The notes beneath the pieces are model-generated. The model saw nothing but the letters and a program-made list of their open reading frames with translations. It had not been told where the DNA came from and searched no databases. Positions 1-8,729 of a stretch of 64,000 nucleotides of DNA are shown piece by piece. Where the stretch lies: positions 3,217 to 67,216 of the forward strand of contig CAYVFG010000003.1 in assembly GCA_964450915.1 (NCBI GenBank). The letters are read 5' to 3'. The position numbers and the translations under genes were made by a program. Within the stretch, counting starts at the first letter, position 1. Each line of letters begins with the position of its first letter. The DNA comes from an uncultured Candidatus Saccharibacteria bacterium. Its GTDB lineage: Bacteria > Patescibacteriota > Andersenbacteria > UBA10190.

Positions 1-5
1 CGAGT

Positions 6-2060
6 GTGCTGCGAAATGCTCCTGGTATGTGCCCAGAATGCGGAATGCAGTTGGTGGAGACCCAGCCTTCGCCCCACCACAGCGGGGCTTCGGCGGGCAA
101 GCACAGCGGGCATAGTACTAATATGTTCGCCAAGAAATTTTATGTAAGCGTAGTACTTACGATTCCGATTCTTCTGTATTCGCCTTTACCGCAATTATTT
201 TTACATTGGCAGGCGCCAGTATTTTTTGGATCATGGCTGCTTCCTGCAGTATTAGGTTCGATTGTTTTTTTCTACGGTGGTTGGATTTTTTTGACCAGTG
301 CTATGCGGGAGTTGAAGGGCAGGGTTCCTGGGATGATGACGCTCATTTCCATGGCGATTGTAACTGCGTACGTGTACAGCCTATTCCAAACATTTCGAGG
401 CGAAGCAGATACGATGTTTTGGGAGTTGGCGACATTAATTGATGTGATGCTACTCGGGCATTGGCTTGAGATGCGTGCAGTAAAAGGGGCACAAGGCGCA
501 TTGCAAGAACTTTCTAAATTGCTCCCTGATACAGCTGAAGTTGAGCGAGGTACTGCAACAGAAACAGTGGCTTTGAACCAACTGAACGTTAATGATGTGA
601 TTATCATTCGCCCGGGAGGGAAAGTCGCGGCTGATGGTGAGGTGATTGAAGGGCAGTCTGATATTGATGAGTCATTGGCAACGGGAGAATCCAAGCCAGT
701 TTCCAAACATGTTGGCGATGAGGTTATTGCAGGCACGAGCAATGGGGACGGCTCTCTTCGAGTTCGTGTTACTAAAATTGGTGAGAATACATTTTTGGCA
801 GGTGTGATGCGGTTGGTGCAAGAAGCACAGTCAAGTAAGTCAAAACTTCAATTATTGTCAGACAAGGCAGCATTTTACTTAACCATTGTTGCAGTTGTTT
901 CCGGATTGATTACGTTGTTCGTATGGTTGCCATTACGTGGAGCTGACTTCGCATTTATGCGCTTGGTATCCGTGTTAGTGGTTGCCTGTCCGCATGCGTT
1001 AGGGTTGGCCATTCCGCTTGTTGCATCTATATCCACTACGATGGCTGCGCGTAATGGGTTTCTAGTGCGGCAACGATTGGCATTAGAAGCTGCTCGAAAT
1101 ATAGACGTGGTCTTGTTTGATAAGACAGGGACGCTGACAAAAGGAGAATATGGAGTCGTTTCGGTTATTACAACTACGGGTAATACGGAACAAGAAGTAA
1201 TACGGCTCGCAGCTTCAGTTGATGCGAAATCAGAGCATTCGGTGTCGCGAGCGATTGTAAGTTATGCTCAAAAAATACAAGTTCCGATTGTTGCAATTTC
1301 TGACTTTGCGCGTTTGCCAGGAAAGGGTGTAAGCGGAGTTATTGAAGGGAAGGCGATTCAAGTTGGCGGCAAGTCTTTATGGGAAAAATCGGGCGCAACG
1401 TTGCCAGAGGATGTTCAGCAGGGCATTGCGAAAGAAAGTACTGCTGGGCGAACCATTATTTACGTATTGCATGATAAAGCCCTTATCGGCGTTATTTCAC
1501 TCGGCGATATTATTCGAGAAGAATCTCGGTCAGCAATTGCAATATTACAGCAGCAAGGCGTGCAGGTTGCTATGATAACAGGCGATGCGGAAGGGGTTGC
1601 AAAGTGGGTTGCTCATGAACTGAATATTCAAGAATATTTTGCACAAGTATTGCCAGAGCATAAGGCAGATAAGGTAAAAGAATTACAGCAAAAGGGAAAG
1701 AAGGTTGCCATGGTTGGCGATGGTATTAATGATGCTCCGGCATTAACCCAGGCAGATGTTGGGATTGCTATCGGAGCTGGAACGAATGTTGCAATTGAAT
1801 CTGCCGGCATCGTGCTCGTAAAGAATGACCCGCGAGATATCCCGAAAATTATTACTCTCTCAAAATTGACGTATCGTAAAATGATTCAGAATTTGTGGTG
1901 GGCGGCAGGATACAACATTGTTGCATTACCTCTTGCTGCGGGAGTAGCCGCGCATTGGGGCATTATTCTCAACCCCGCAGTATCAGCTGTATTTATGTCA
2001 TTCTCTACAGTAATTGTTGCCATAAATGCAGTGCTGCTTCGTCGCGCATCGCTTAATTGA
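6..2060 (+). CDS. copper/heavy-metal translocating P1B-type ATPase (CPH-type); 5' end probably cut by window edge
   Basis: 684-aa ORF open to position 1. DKTGTLT phosphorylation motif, CPH membrane metal site (VVACPHALG), GDGINDAPAL hinge, His-rich N-terminus (HHSGASAGKHSGHS) and a CPECGM metal-binding-like motif. Confidence 0.85.
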   Translation: MLRNAPGMCPECGMQLVETQPSPHHSGASAGKHSGHSTNMFAKKFYVSVVLTIPILLYSPLPQLFLHWQAPVFFGSWLLPAVLGSIVFFYGGWIFLTSAMRELKGRVPGMMTLISMAIVTAYVYSLFQTFRGEADTMFWELATLIDVMLLGHWLEMRAVKGAQGALQELSKLLPDTAEVERGTATETVALNQLNVNDVIIIRPGGKVAADGEVIEGQSDIDESLATGESKPVSKHVGDEVIAGTSNGDGSLRVRVTKIGENTFLAGVMRLVQEAQSSKSKLQLLSDKAAFYLTIVAVVSGLITLFVWLPLRGADFAFMRLVSVLVVACPHALGLAIPLVASISTTMAARNGFLVRQRLALEAARNIDVVLFDKTGTLTKGEYGVVSVITTTGNTEQEVIRLAASVDAKSEHSVSRAIVSYAQKIQVPIVAISDFARLPGKGVSGVIEGKAIQVGGKSLWEKSGATLPEDVQQGIAKESTAGRTIIYVLHDKALIGVISLGDIIREESRSAIAILQQQGVQVAMITGDAEGVAKWVAHELNIQEYFAQVLPEHKADKVKELQQKGKKVAMVGDGINDAPALTQADVGIAIGAGTNVAIESAGIVLVKNDPRDIPKIITLSKLTYRKMIQNLWWAAGYNIVALPLAAGVAAHWGIILNPAVSAVFMSFSTVIVAINAVLLRRASLN

Positions 2061-2115
2061 TAAACGGAGTTGAAACTTCCTTTTCTTTTTATCCTCACAC
2101 GATACACTTGGTCGT

Positions 2116-2523
2116 ATGACTAATGAAACAACAACAGCAATTATTATTACTCTTATAGTAGGATTAGGAATCGGATACGCGGTGCGCGGTGCTCAACCTG
2201 CGCCACAAATTCCTGCAACTATGATGAATGGCGGCATGCACCAGATGCCGAATGGATCTATGATGGGAAATAGTAGTGATACAGATATGGACGACATGAT
2301 GAAGCAAATGTCTGCAGGGCTTGTGGGGAAAACAGGCGACGCATTTGATCAGGAATTCCTTACTGAGATGATTGTTCATCATCAAGGAGCTGTAGATATG
2401 GCACAGGCTGCTTTAAAAGATGTAAAGCATCAGGAGATTAAAGATTTAGCGAATGGCATTATTACGGCCCAAGAAAAAGAAATATCGATGATGAAGGGCT
2501 GGCAAGCGTCTTGGTATAAGTAG
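2116..2523 (+). CDS. DUF305-family protein with Met/His-rich segment (copper-tolerance associated)
   Basis: 135 aa. N-terminal TM helix, Met-rich stretch (MMNGGMHQMPNGSMMGNSSDTDMDDMMKQM), C-terminal HHQGAVDMAQ...EIKDLA motif typical of DUF305. Lies 55 bp downstream of the ATPase. Confidence 0.7.
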   Translation: MTNETTTAIIITLIVGLGIGYAVRGAQPAPQIPATMMNGGMHQMPNGSMMGNSSDTDMDDMMKQMSAGLVGKTGDAFDQEFLTEMIVHHQGAVDMAQAALKDVKHQEIKDLANGIITAQEKEISMMKGWQASWYK

Positions 2524-2777
2524 GAAGAGAAAGGTAGTACGGTTTTTTCTTGCTCGTATTACGCTAACGCCAAGTCCTCAATTCTCTTTGCAAACATCTT
2601 AATATCCGCAAAGAACTTCTCAAAATCCAGCTCTTTTGGTTTAACGATTTTTGAAGGATGTTCACTATTAATCCCCTATTGCAGGAATAAAGGGATTTGC
2701 AATAATTAGTCATTTACATAAATCTAGAAACAGGGACGAATCTGCACAATCAAACTGAATAGAAAAGGAGTCGAATC

Positions 2778-3764
2778 ATGAAGGGCTCAAGTTCTCCTAT
2801 TATTGCAAGAGGTGATTCAGGGGAGGTTGTTAGGACGTTAGTAACCTGTGGCCAGGTGTATGAGTTTGATCCTCAACGGGTACGTCCTTTTCCGGACCAA
2901 ATTCGAAAAAGATTTACTGGGATCAAGCGGCTAGCTCTTAGCATCCGTTTTGTGGGACAAACCAATCCGGGGAAGGTTCGCTTGGTGCATGACGATCCCC
3001 AATACGACGCAGAGCTCATTGATGGTGAGCGTCGCTTAAGAGCGGTTTTGCTCATTCCAGACAGGAGGTTTAAGGCATTTGTTGAGGATGGTATTGAGGA
3101 CGTTGCTACTCAATATGAGCATTGCGTAGCTTCCAATTTTGGAAGGCAAGACCATGATCCGCTGGAGATTACCGCATCGATCAGTCGTTTTCAGCAAGAT
3201 GGGAAGAAAAATGCCGAAATCGCTCAGATTTTTGGAAAGTCAGAGGGGTGGGTAAGTCAGTATTTAAGTTTGGCCAAACTTGCTCCCGAAGTTCAGGCGA
3301 TGCTGACTCCTCCTGATGAAGACGAAGATGAGCGAGGGGTTTCTGATGTCGACGCGAATGAAAAAAATCAACTTCAAATCTTCCGCCCCACTCTTCCGTT
3401 TTCAGTAGCACTGTTGTTGGTGCGGCTCGCTCACGATGTTCAGGTTGATGTTGCGAAGAAGATTATGAGCGATGGTATGTCGGCATCCGCTGCTCGACGA
3501 CTTGTTCTTAATCAGCTTCGCGAATCTCCTGGTGGGGACAAGAGACGTCTTCGGCCAACCGAGCAATGGCAGAGTCTGGAGCGTCTCGCGAGGCAGACAA
3601 AGGATCGTTTCGGGGTTTTTCTCGATCTGGGCAGTAAGGATTTTTTGCAGGTCGTGAAGGCTTCTGGAGCAGGAAATCGTGGTGCTCTAGAGGAAGGGTT
3701 GCGCGCCCTTGTTGCGGATCTTACTGAGCTTGCCGATAGTATAAGTAAGATTAAGGATGATTGA
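2778..3764 (+). CDS. orphan ParB/Srx-fold DNA-binding protein (ParB N-terminal domain + HTH)
   Basis: 328 aa. SD AAAGGAG 6 nt upstream of the ATG. ParB box motif LIDGERRLRAV, HTH NAEIAQIFGKSEGWVSQYLSLAKL. No adjacent ParA. Confidence 0.6.
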   Translation: MKGSSSPIIARGDSGEVVRTLVTCGQVYEFDPQRVRPFPDQIRKRFTGIKRLALSIRFVGQTNPGKVRLVHDDPQYDAELIDGERRLRAVLLIPDRRFKAFVEDGIEDVATQYEHCVASNFGRQDHDPLEITASISRFQQDGKKNAEIAQIFGKSEGWVSQYLSLAKLAPEVQAMLTPPDEDEDERGVSDVDANEKNQLQIFRPTLPFSVALLLVRLAHDVQVDVAKKIMSDGMSASAARRLVLNQLRESPGGDKRRLRPTEQWQSLERLARQTKDRFGVFLDLGSKDFLQVVKASGAGNRGALEEGLRALVADLTELADSISKIKDD

Positions 3765-3976
3765 GCTCAGAAGAATCTCGATCTTGTCAGTCACATTGGA
3801 ATTTTCCTCTGTGGCTGTTTTTTTATTCAAATATTAATTTTATTTACAGCATCTCTGTTCGTACCGTGTTTCAACGGCACCGAGTAGTGCCTACCTTTGA
3901 CAAGGTAATAGTATAAACGTACATTGATCGTAATGTATTCGTCCTTTCCAAATAACTTTTCTAACAAGAAAGATTC

Positions 3977-4258
3977 ATGATGGACATAACATTTCTACTC
4001 AGCATTCTGGTAAGCGTTTTTTCCCTTGCCTTGGTGTTGATCGGCATTCCTGCTCAAATCAAAAAGAATTACAAAGAAAAACGGTCGGGGCAGCCCATTG
4101 CAACAATCCTGATTGCTCTTTGCTTTTATGCTTCTTCTATCGGCTTCTTTATTCTTACAAAAGCATGGTTGCCGTTAGTATCATTCTGCATCGGTATTAT
4201 CATGTGGGGGATTACTTTGGTTCAGTATTTCATCTACGAAAAGGGGAAAAAAGTTTAA
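3977..4258 (+). CDS. SemiSWEET/PQ-loop-like small membrane protein
   Basis: 93 aa, three predicted TM helices, PQ motif in TM1 (GIPAQIKKNYKEKR). Size and topology fit bacterial SemiSWEETs. Confidence 0.5.
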   Translation: MMDITFLLSILVSVFSLALVLIGIPAQIKKNYKEKRSGQPIATILIALCFYASSIGFFILTKAWLPLVSFCIGIIMWGITLVQYFIYEKGKKV

Positions 4259-4430
4259 ATCCGATCTGGAAAAATGCTCCTGCTCGCGACATGAAGTTGC
4301 GAGTTCTTTTTTATCCAAAATCCGTCTCCGTATCTTCATGAAATGCTCATGCGCAGTTGTATTTTCGAAGGTATAGTGAACCTATACATACCGATTTGGT
4401 ATACACATTTTATTCTTAATAAATAATTCT

Positions 4431-5207
4431 ATGCATACATACGTAAAAAGTTTAGTCGTTGCATTGGCCTTGGCACTCGCGTTGCCAACAGGGGCTTTTG
4501 CGAGCGCGACCACGGGCACCTTTTCGGGGTTTGTGCCATCTATCGGAACGGATAGTTTTGTATTGCAAACCAAAAACCGTTATCAGCAGACTATTAATGT
4601 CTCGAGCGGCACGGTGATTACCATGCAAGGCAAAACAGAAACATTTTCGGATGTTATGGTTGGGGAGCAAGTGACTGTTAAGGGGGTGTGGGATAAGACA
4701 AACAAAAACGTAGCAGCCGAGACGGTTATTATTAAAGCGGCGAAAACAGGGTGGATTACGGGAACGATTACCGGGATAAATGGGACTACGATCAGCGTGC
4801 TTTCAAAAGGCGTTACGTATTCAGTTGATGCAAGTAATGCAAAAACCATTCGACGATTCAATGCTCCGATGAAGGTTTCTGATATGCAGATCGGAGACGT
4901 GTTGCAAGTGCGGGGAGTAATTCCTACGAGCACGAGCATTACGGCAACAACGATTCGAGATCTTTCTCTCCAGGCGCGCCATGGGCAGTTCGATGGAACT
5001 GTGCAATCGGTGAGCGGATCAAGCTTTGTGCTCCAAAGCAATCATCGAGGATCGCAGACTATCAATACGAACAGCTCGACAATCTACAAACACAAAGGAG
5101 CAATCGTTTCGTTCGCCAGTGTAACGGCTGGATCGAACGTGCGAGTATTCGGGGTGTGGAATAGCACAAATAGCAACGTAACTGCAAAGCTTGTCATTAT
5201 CAAGTAG
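4431..5207 (+). CDS. secreted protein with three tandem ~75-aa repeats (DUF5666-like)
   Basis: 258 aa. Signal peptide MHTYVKSLVVALALALALPTGAFA. Repeat units end ...VTVKGVWDKTNKNVAAETVIIKA / ...LQVRGVIPTSTSITATTIRDLS / ...VRVFGVWNSTNSNVTAKLVIIK. Confidence 0.6.
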   Translation: MHTYVKSLVVALALALALPTGAFASATTGTFSGFVPSIGTDSFVLQTKNRYQQTINVSSGTVITMQGKTETFSDVMVGEQVTVKGVWDKTNKNVAAETVIIKAAKTGWITGTITGINGTTISVLSKGVTYSVDASNAKTIRRFNAPMKVSDMQIGDVLQVRGVIPTSTSITATTIRDLSLQARHGQFDGTVQSVSGSSFVLQSNHRGSQTINTNSSTIYKHKGAIVSFASVTAGSNVRVFGVWNSTNSNVTAKLVIIK

Positions 5208-5228
5208 TAAGAAATTTAAGAAGGAAAA

Positions 5229-5257
5229 CAGCTCGCACATCACGCGAGCTGTTTTTG
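5229..5257 (+). terminator. rho-independent terminator
   Basis: CAGCTCGC-acatcac-GCGAGCTG hairpin followed by TTTTT, directly after the 4431-5207 gene. Confidence 0.7.
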
Positions 5258-5287
5258 TATTGCAATAGTAAAGCAAAAGAAAAAGCC

Positions 5288-5400
5288 GAGAGAAGTAGTG
5301 TGGCGCAATGCGTGGGCTATGGTATGTGAAACGATGGTACCACGTCCTTCAGGTAAGAGCTTGTGCTCGAACTTGTGCGCTTACTACGACCTCTCTCGGC
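5288..5400. ncRNA. candidate structured small RNA / long hairpin element, family unknown
   Basis: 118 nt closed by a 9-bp helix GCCGAGAGA...UCUCUCGGC, with further nested pairings (GUAGU/ACUAC, GCGC/GCGC, CGUGG/CCACG). No ORF. Sits between convergent genes downstream of a terminator. Confidence 0.25.
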
Positions 5401-5734
5401 CTAGCTAGTATTATATATTCTTGGATAAAGTCAATACCTACTCATTTTTCATTTATTATTGATAAAATCATATAGATAGTATATTATGTTGTTGTGTTTG
5501 ATTGGTTTTGGTGTGTTGTCCTGGAATTTGGAGATGTTCGATGACGCGGTTCTTTAAGTTAATTCTCAGCTTCTTGGGATTATCGAGGGTGGGGGCGCGC
5601 GAAGATTGGATTTACGATTTCAGTCGGCCGAGAAATCGAGCCTTCGACAATCTTGGAGTCAAGTACTGAAGACAGTAGCGCCAGCCTCGCTTGCTGCCAA
5701 ACCAACGGATTGTATTTCTTTTGTGAAATGCAGT

Positions 5735-5786
5735 CCGTTTTTTCTTGAAAAGAAAAAGTCGACCTACTCATGTGAGCGGGTCGACG
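5735..5786 (-). terminator. rho-independent terminator for the minus-strand gene ending at 5810
   Basis: GTCGACC...GGGTCGAC hairpin followed on the minus strand by a T-run (CTTTTTCTTTTC). Confidence 0.5.
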
Positions 5787-5809
5787 TATTTGTGTTAGAG
5801 AAGCGCGTG

Positions 5810-6520
5810 CTATACAAGCGCCTCTCTGATGCGTTGCAGGAATTGAATTCCCTGAGCCGTATCGTTCGCGTGAACTTCGCACGGCATCTTCGTAACGCTT
5901 TCTGTGAAAAGATGCTCGAGGTCTCGCTTGGGAGTTATTTGATCCCAGTTGATATTTAGAACTCTTGTTTGCCAGCCGACGCGGATGGGGCCCACTTCCG
6001 TGTGTGCAATGTACCAAGGCTCGCATTTCATGGCAGTAACGGCAGGGAAGTGCCCGTGAGGAATTGCTTGAAACCATTTTTGAGAGAACCCGGCTTTGTG
6101 AAACATCGCGTCGAAACTGTTGCGGCCTTCTGTCGTGAGTCGGGCTCGGTTGCATGCAAAGTGAGCGAAGCGCACGATCTTAAAGACTCCGACGTCGCCT
6201 TTTTGCACGAGGTAATCAAGGCAAATGCCGTCCTCTTTTCCTCTGCGGCTATACTTTCCTTCGGGAATGAGGAGTTCGTTCGTTATGTGCCAAAAGGGGT
6301 CCATCTCATACAGTCCATCGATCCGACAGCTGAAAATTCCGGCTAAAACTGTGCGAATGCTTTTTCCGACAAAGCGATCGAGACCGATTTCTTGCGTTGT
6401 TTCGTAGGACATCACGTGGTCCAGATCAGGGCGTGACCCCAAAATGTTCCACCCTTGCCCGCATTCGCTGCAGACAAGATTTTTCGGCGGAGTTTCAACG
6501 CACCATTCGGGTGGGCGCAT
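5810..6520 (-). CDS. hypothetical protein with N-terminal C4 zinc ribbon; possible metal-dependent hydrolase
   Basis: Start moved to the internal ATG (MRPPEW...) that has SD AAGGAAG 5 nt upstream. CVETPPKNLVCSECG zinc-ribbon-like motif. His-containing motifs (DLDH, IPHGH, IAHTE) weakly reminiscent of a metallo-hydrolase. Confidence 0.45.
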   Translation of the reverse strand: MRPPEWCVETPPKNLVCSECGQGWNILGSRPDLDHVMSYETTQEIGLDRFVGKSIRTVLAGIFSCRIDGLYEMDPFWHITNELLIPEGKYSRRGKEDGICLDYLVQKGDVGVFKIVRFAHFACNRARLTTEGRNSFDAMFHKAGFSQKWFQAIPHGHFPAVTAMKCEPWYIAHTEVGPIRVGWQTRVLNINWDQITPKRDLEHLFTESVTKMPCEVHANDTAQGIQFLQRIREALV

Positions 6521-6775
6521 GGCATCTTCCTTTGTGTTGGAGATATGAATTGAGTTGGTGAGAGAGCTACGGCTATTCTGTGCTTTACAGCATTCCTTTG
6601 TCAATGATTTCCATTTTGAAAAACGGAAAGGCAAAAGCATTCGATTGTCAACGATAGAAGCTATTTGCAAAGCGCTTCCGTGCCAACCTGGAGATATCTT
6701 GGGATATAAGTAGGAGTGGGTACTGCATCAGCAAATAAGGAGGACTGTTTCTTGGAAAAATGAAATACGCCAATA

Positions 6776-6804
6776 TTGACAATATCAATCCGATAGTCTA
6801 TTAT
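6776..6804 (+). promoter_or_regulatory. sigma-70-type promoter
   Basis: TTGACA - 17 nt - TATTAT upstream of the 6841 ORF. Confidence 0.6.
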
Positions 6805-6840
6805 GATTGGCTGTAGGTGTTCGGATTGCACGTTATTCAC

Positions 6841-7272
6841 ATGAAAGGTTCAAGGGCTATGCGAATCGTGACGGAGTCAGGGGTTTCAACGGAAGCAGGG
6901 ATGCCGGTGGATGGCGGAATGACGATGAACGTCTTTCCGCTTGTTGAGAGATGGCTTGCTGAGAATGTCGATAGACTGCGTGCTCTGCAACACGTTGCGG
7001 TTCACAAGGGGATGGATCGATACCGATCCATGATCGATTTCCTGTTTTGCGAGACATTTATCGACTTCAAGGAGAGCTGTTTTCGTTTTTATGATCAGCG
7101 AGGGCCGGAGTTGAAAGGATGTTCACAGTTCAGCGAAGGGATTCGAACCCAGTGGGAGCGCCAGCTTCTTGTTGCGCTGGAATATGCGTATCGCATTTTC
7201 CAGTCAAAACGAGATATCACCTGGACGCTTTTCCGGCTCGAGTTTTTACAACTGGAACTCCTCGCCGCCTAA
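6841..7272 (+). CDS. hypothetical protein
   Basis: ORF bracketed by a consensus promoter upstream and a terminator downstream. No recognisable domain. The start is chosen downstream of the predicted TSS and is uncertain (6841 or 6856). Confidence 0.45.
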   Translation: MKGSRAMRIVTESGVSTEAGMPVDGGMTMNVFPLVERWLAENVDRLRALQHVAVHKGMDRYRSMIDFLFCETFIDFKESCFRFYDQRGPELKGCSQFSEGIRTQWERQLLVALEYAYRIFQSKRDITWTLFRLEFLQLELLAA

Positions 7273-7302
7273 TGAGCCACGCACTTTTTGTTGTGTATGT
7301 TT

Positions 7303-7332
7303 CGCCCGCGCTTTCGAGCTCGGGCGTTTTTA
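7303..7332 (+). terminator. rho-independent terminator
   Basis: CGCCCG-cgctttcgagct-CGGGCG hairpin followed by TTTTT. Confidence 0.6.
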
Positions 7333-7361
7333 TATACATCTCTTATTTGGGTGTATGATAT

Positions 7362-7904
7362 GTGCATATGGCTTCTAAGAAAAATAAAAAAGATCAAATC
7401 AGGCAACGTAATCTTTTTATCGCAGGTGGAATAGTTGCAGTGCTGTGCCTCATTGCAGTTGCAAGTATCTTCGGGTATTCGCTCCGGGGTGCTGTGTATT
7501 CGGGGAGCGCAACATTTTCCGCATCTCCAAGTCCGCGCCCGACGCCATCTCCTTCATGCACGCCACTGAGCAGCGCTCAGGTATCGGATATTGTTAAGCA
7601 TATCAACAGTATTCAGTTGCAAATTGAGGATATTAACAAGCAAATACAAGCTTCGGAAAGAGATAGGTTTTCTCTTGAAAATTCGTTATTGAAATTACAA
7701 GGTCAGTTGAAAAAAGCAACTGATAAAAATACGATCAAGTTCTTGAAGAGCCAAATTAATGCTGTTTCTGCAAATATAGTAGTGGCAGATGAGCATTTGA
7801 ATTCGTTGCGACAACAAATCGGAAAGCTGTATGAGCAAATAACTCACCTGAATGAAACGCTGAGTCATAATTGCAATAATCAAGGGTCTCCGACGCCGTT
7901 GTAG
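7362..7904 (+). CDS. membrane-anchored coiled-coil protein with Pro/Ser-rich linker
   Basis: 180 aa. N-terminal TM (LFIAGGIVAVLCLIAVASIFGY), SPSPRPTPSPS linker, heptad-like C-terminal region. Confidence 0.5.
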   Translation: MHMASKKNKKDQIRQRNLFIAGGIVAVLCLIAVASIFGYSLRGAVYSGSATFSASPSPRPTPSPSCTPLSSAQVSDIVKHINSIQLQIEDINKQIQASERDRFSLENSLLKLQGQLKKATDKNTIKFLKSQINAVSANIVVADEHLNSLRQQIGKLYEQITHLNETLSHNCNNQGSPTPL

Positions 7905-7905
7905 T

Positions 7906-8103
7906 ATGAGCCCCGCAGACTCCCAGAGTACTCCGGACGATATTCGCGCAGCAGGGTGGATGGTGGCCGTTCATAATGATTATCGATTAAATGGAGAGCT
8001 GCATACGTTTTGGCTATTTACAAAAGATGATCGAGCAGTAAAGGGGGAGGGGAAATCGGATGCTGAGGCGTTGAACGAAATACGCAAAGCATTAGCTATA
8101 TGA
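7906..8103 (+). CDS. small hypothetical protein (possibly HicB/UPF0150-like fold)
   Basis: 65 aa. Overlaps the next ORF by ATGA. Weak resemblance (GWMVAV...GKSDAEALNEIRKALA) to UPF0150/HicB-like antitoxin-like proteins. Confidence 0.35.
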   Translation: MSPADSQSTPDDIRAAGWMVAVHNDYRLNGELHTFWLFTKDDRAVKGEGKSDAEALNEIRKALAI

Positions 8104-8330
8104 ATGATTCGTCTCGCTCAAAAGAATTAGACGCTCTTACGAATCAAGTGCGCAAGCTAAATAAAAATATGAAGTGGCATGCTACGTTTGTTCGCGGAAT
8201 TGCTACTGGTTTTGGTACCGCTATCGGTGCGGGCATAATAGTGACGATTGTTGTAGTAGTGCTCAATAAGCTTACAGACTTGCCATTGCTAGGCAGCGCA
8301 TTCGGATTTCTTGCCAGTCATTTGAAATAA
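8100..8330 (+). CDS. small membrane protein
   Basis: 76 aa, one C-terminal TM helix. Translationally coupled to the 7906 ORF. Confidence 0.4.
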   Translation: MNDSSRSKELDALTNQVRKLNKNMKWHATFVRGIATGFGTAIGAGIIVTIVVVVLNKLTDLPLLGSAFGFLASHLK

Positions 8331-8377
8331 CCGCATTATCGATCAGTGAGAACCGAAATATTTGTCGCCGTATAGTC

Positions 8378-8722
8378 TTATTTTGTTTGTTGTTCTAGTG
8401 CCGAGAATGCGGATGTAATAAGAGAGAATACCAAGCTGAATAATAATCCGTACCAAAAATCCTGAACGAAGAATCCGGGAACGATTCTGCTCGTGAGCAT
8501 TACCAGCACCGCGTTAATAATAAATGTGAATAATCCGAGTGTCAGAATTGTTATCGGCAGAGTAAGGAGGATGAGAAACGGTTTAATTAAAATATTCAGT
8601 AAGCCGAGAACGAGCGCAACGAGGAGTGCTGTTGTAAGGCCGGTTACTGCTACTCCTGGCAATATGTATGCGGTAATAATGATAGCGAGCGCATTTATAG
8701 CCCACTTTAAAAAGATATTCAT
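8378..8722 (-). CDS. Phage_holin_4_2 / DUF360 family four-TM membrane protein
   Basis: Sequence pattern WAINALAIIITAYILPGVAVTG...LLTLPITILTLGLFTFIINAVLVMLTSRIVPGF matches the DUF360/holin-4_2 architecture. Start set at MNIFLKW. Confidence 0.6.
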   Translation of the reverse strand: MNIFLKWAINALAIIITAYILPGVAVTGLTTALLVALVLGLLNILIKPFLILLTLPITILTLGLFTFIINAVLVMLTSRIVPGFFVQDFWYGLLFSLVFSLITSAFSALEQQTK

Positions 8723-8729
8723 AGAATCG

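Noticed and set aside
272-742. Long antisense and alternative-frame ORFs (e.g. 272-742 minus, 5580-6155 minus, 13438-14001 minus, 14826-15395 minus, 44658-45359 minus, 46971-47522 plus, 49803-50261 plus, 61489-62118 minus)
   Set aside because: They are shadow ORFs inside well-supported genes on the opposite strand or frame, with no motifs and low-complexity compositions.
5288-5400. 5S rRNA (similar length; GUGAAACGAUGGUA and GAGAGAAGUAG motifs resemble 5S loop C/helix IV)
   Set aside because: The predicted fold is one long hairpin, with the 5' and 3' halves pairing continuously, rather than the 5S three-way junction. There is no rRNA operon context.
7137-7180. GGGATTCGAACCC (reverse complement of a tRNA T-loop signature GGGUUCGAAUCCC) suggested a minus-strand tRNA or tmRNA 3' end
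   Set aside because: Only a 3-bp T-stem can form. No acceptor, D or anticodon arm partners are present. It lies inside an ORF that has its own promoter and terminator.
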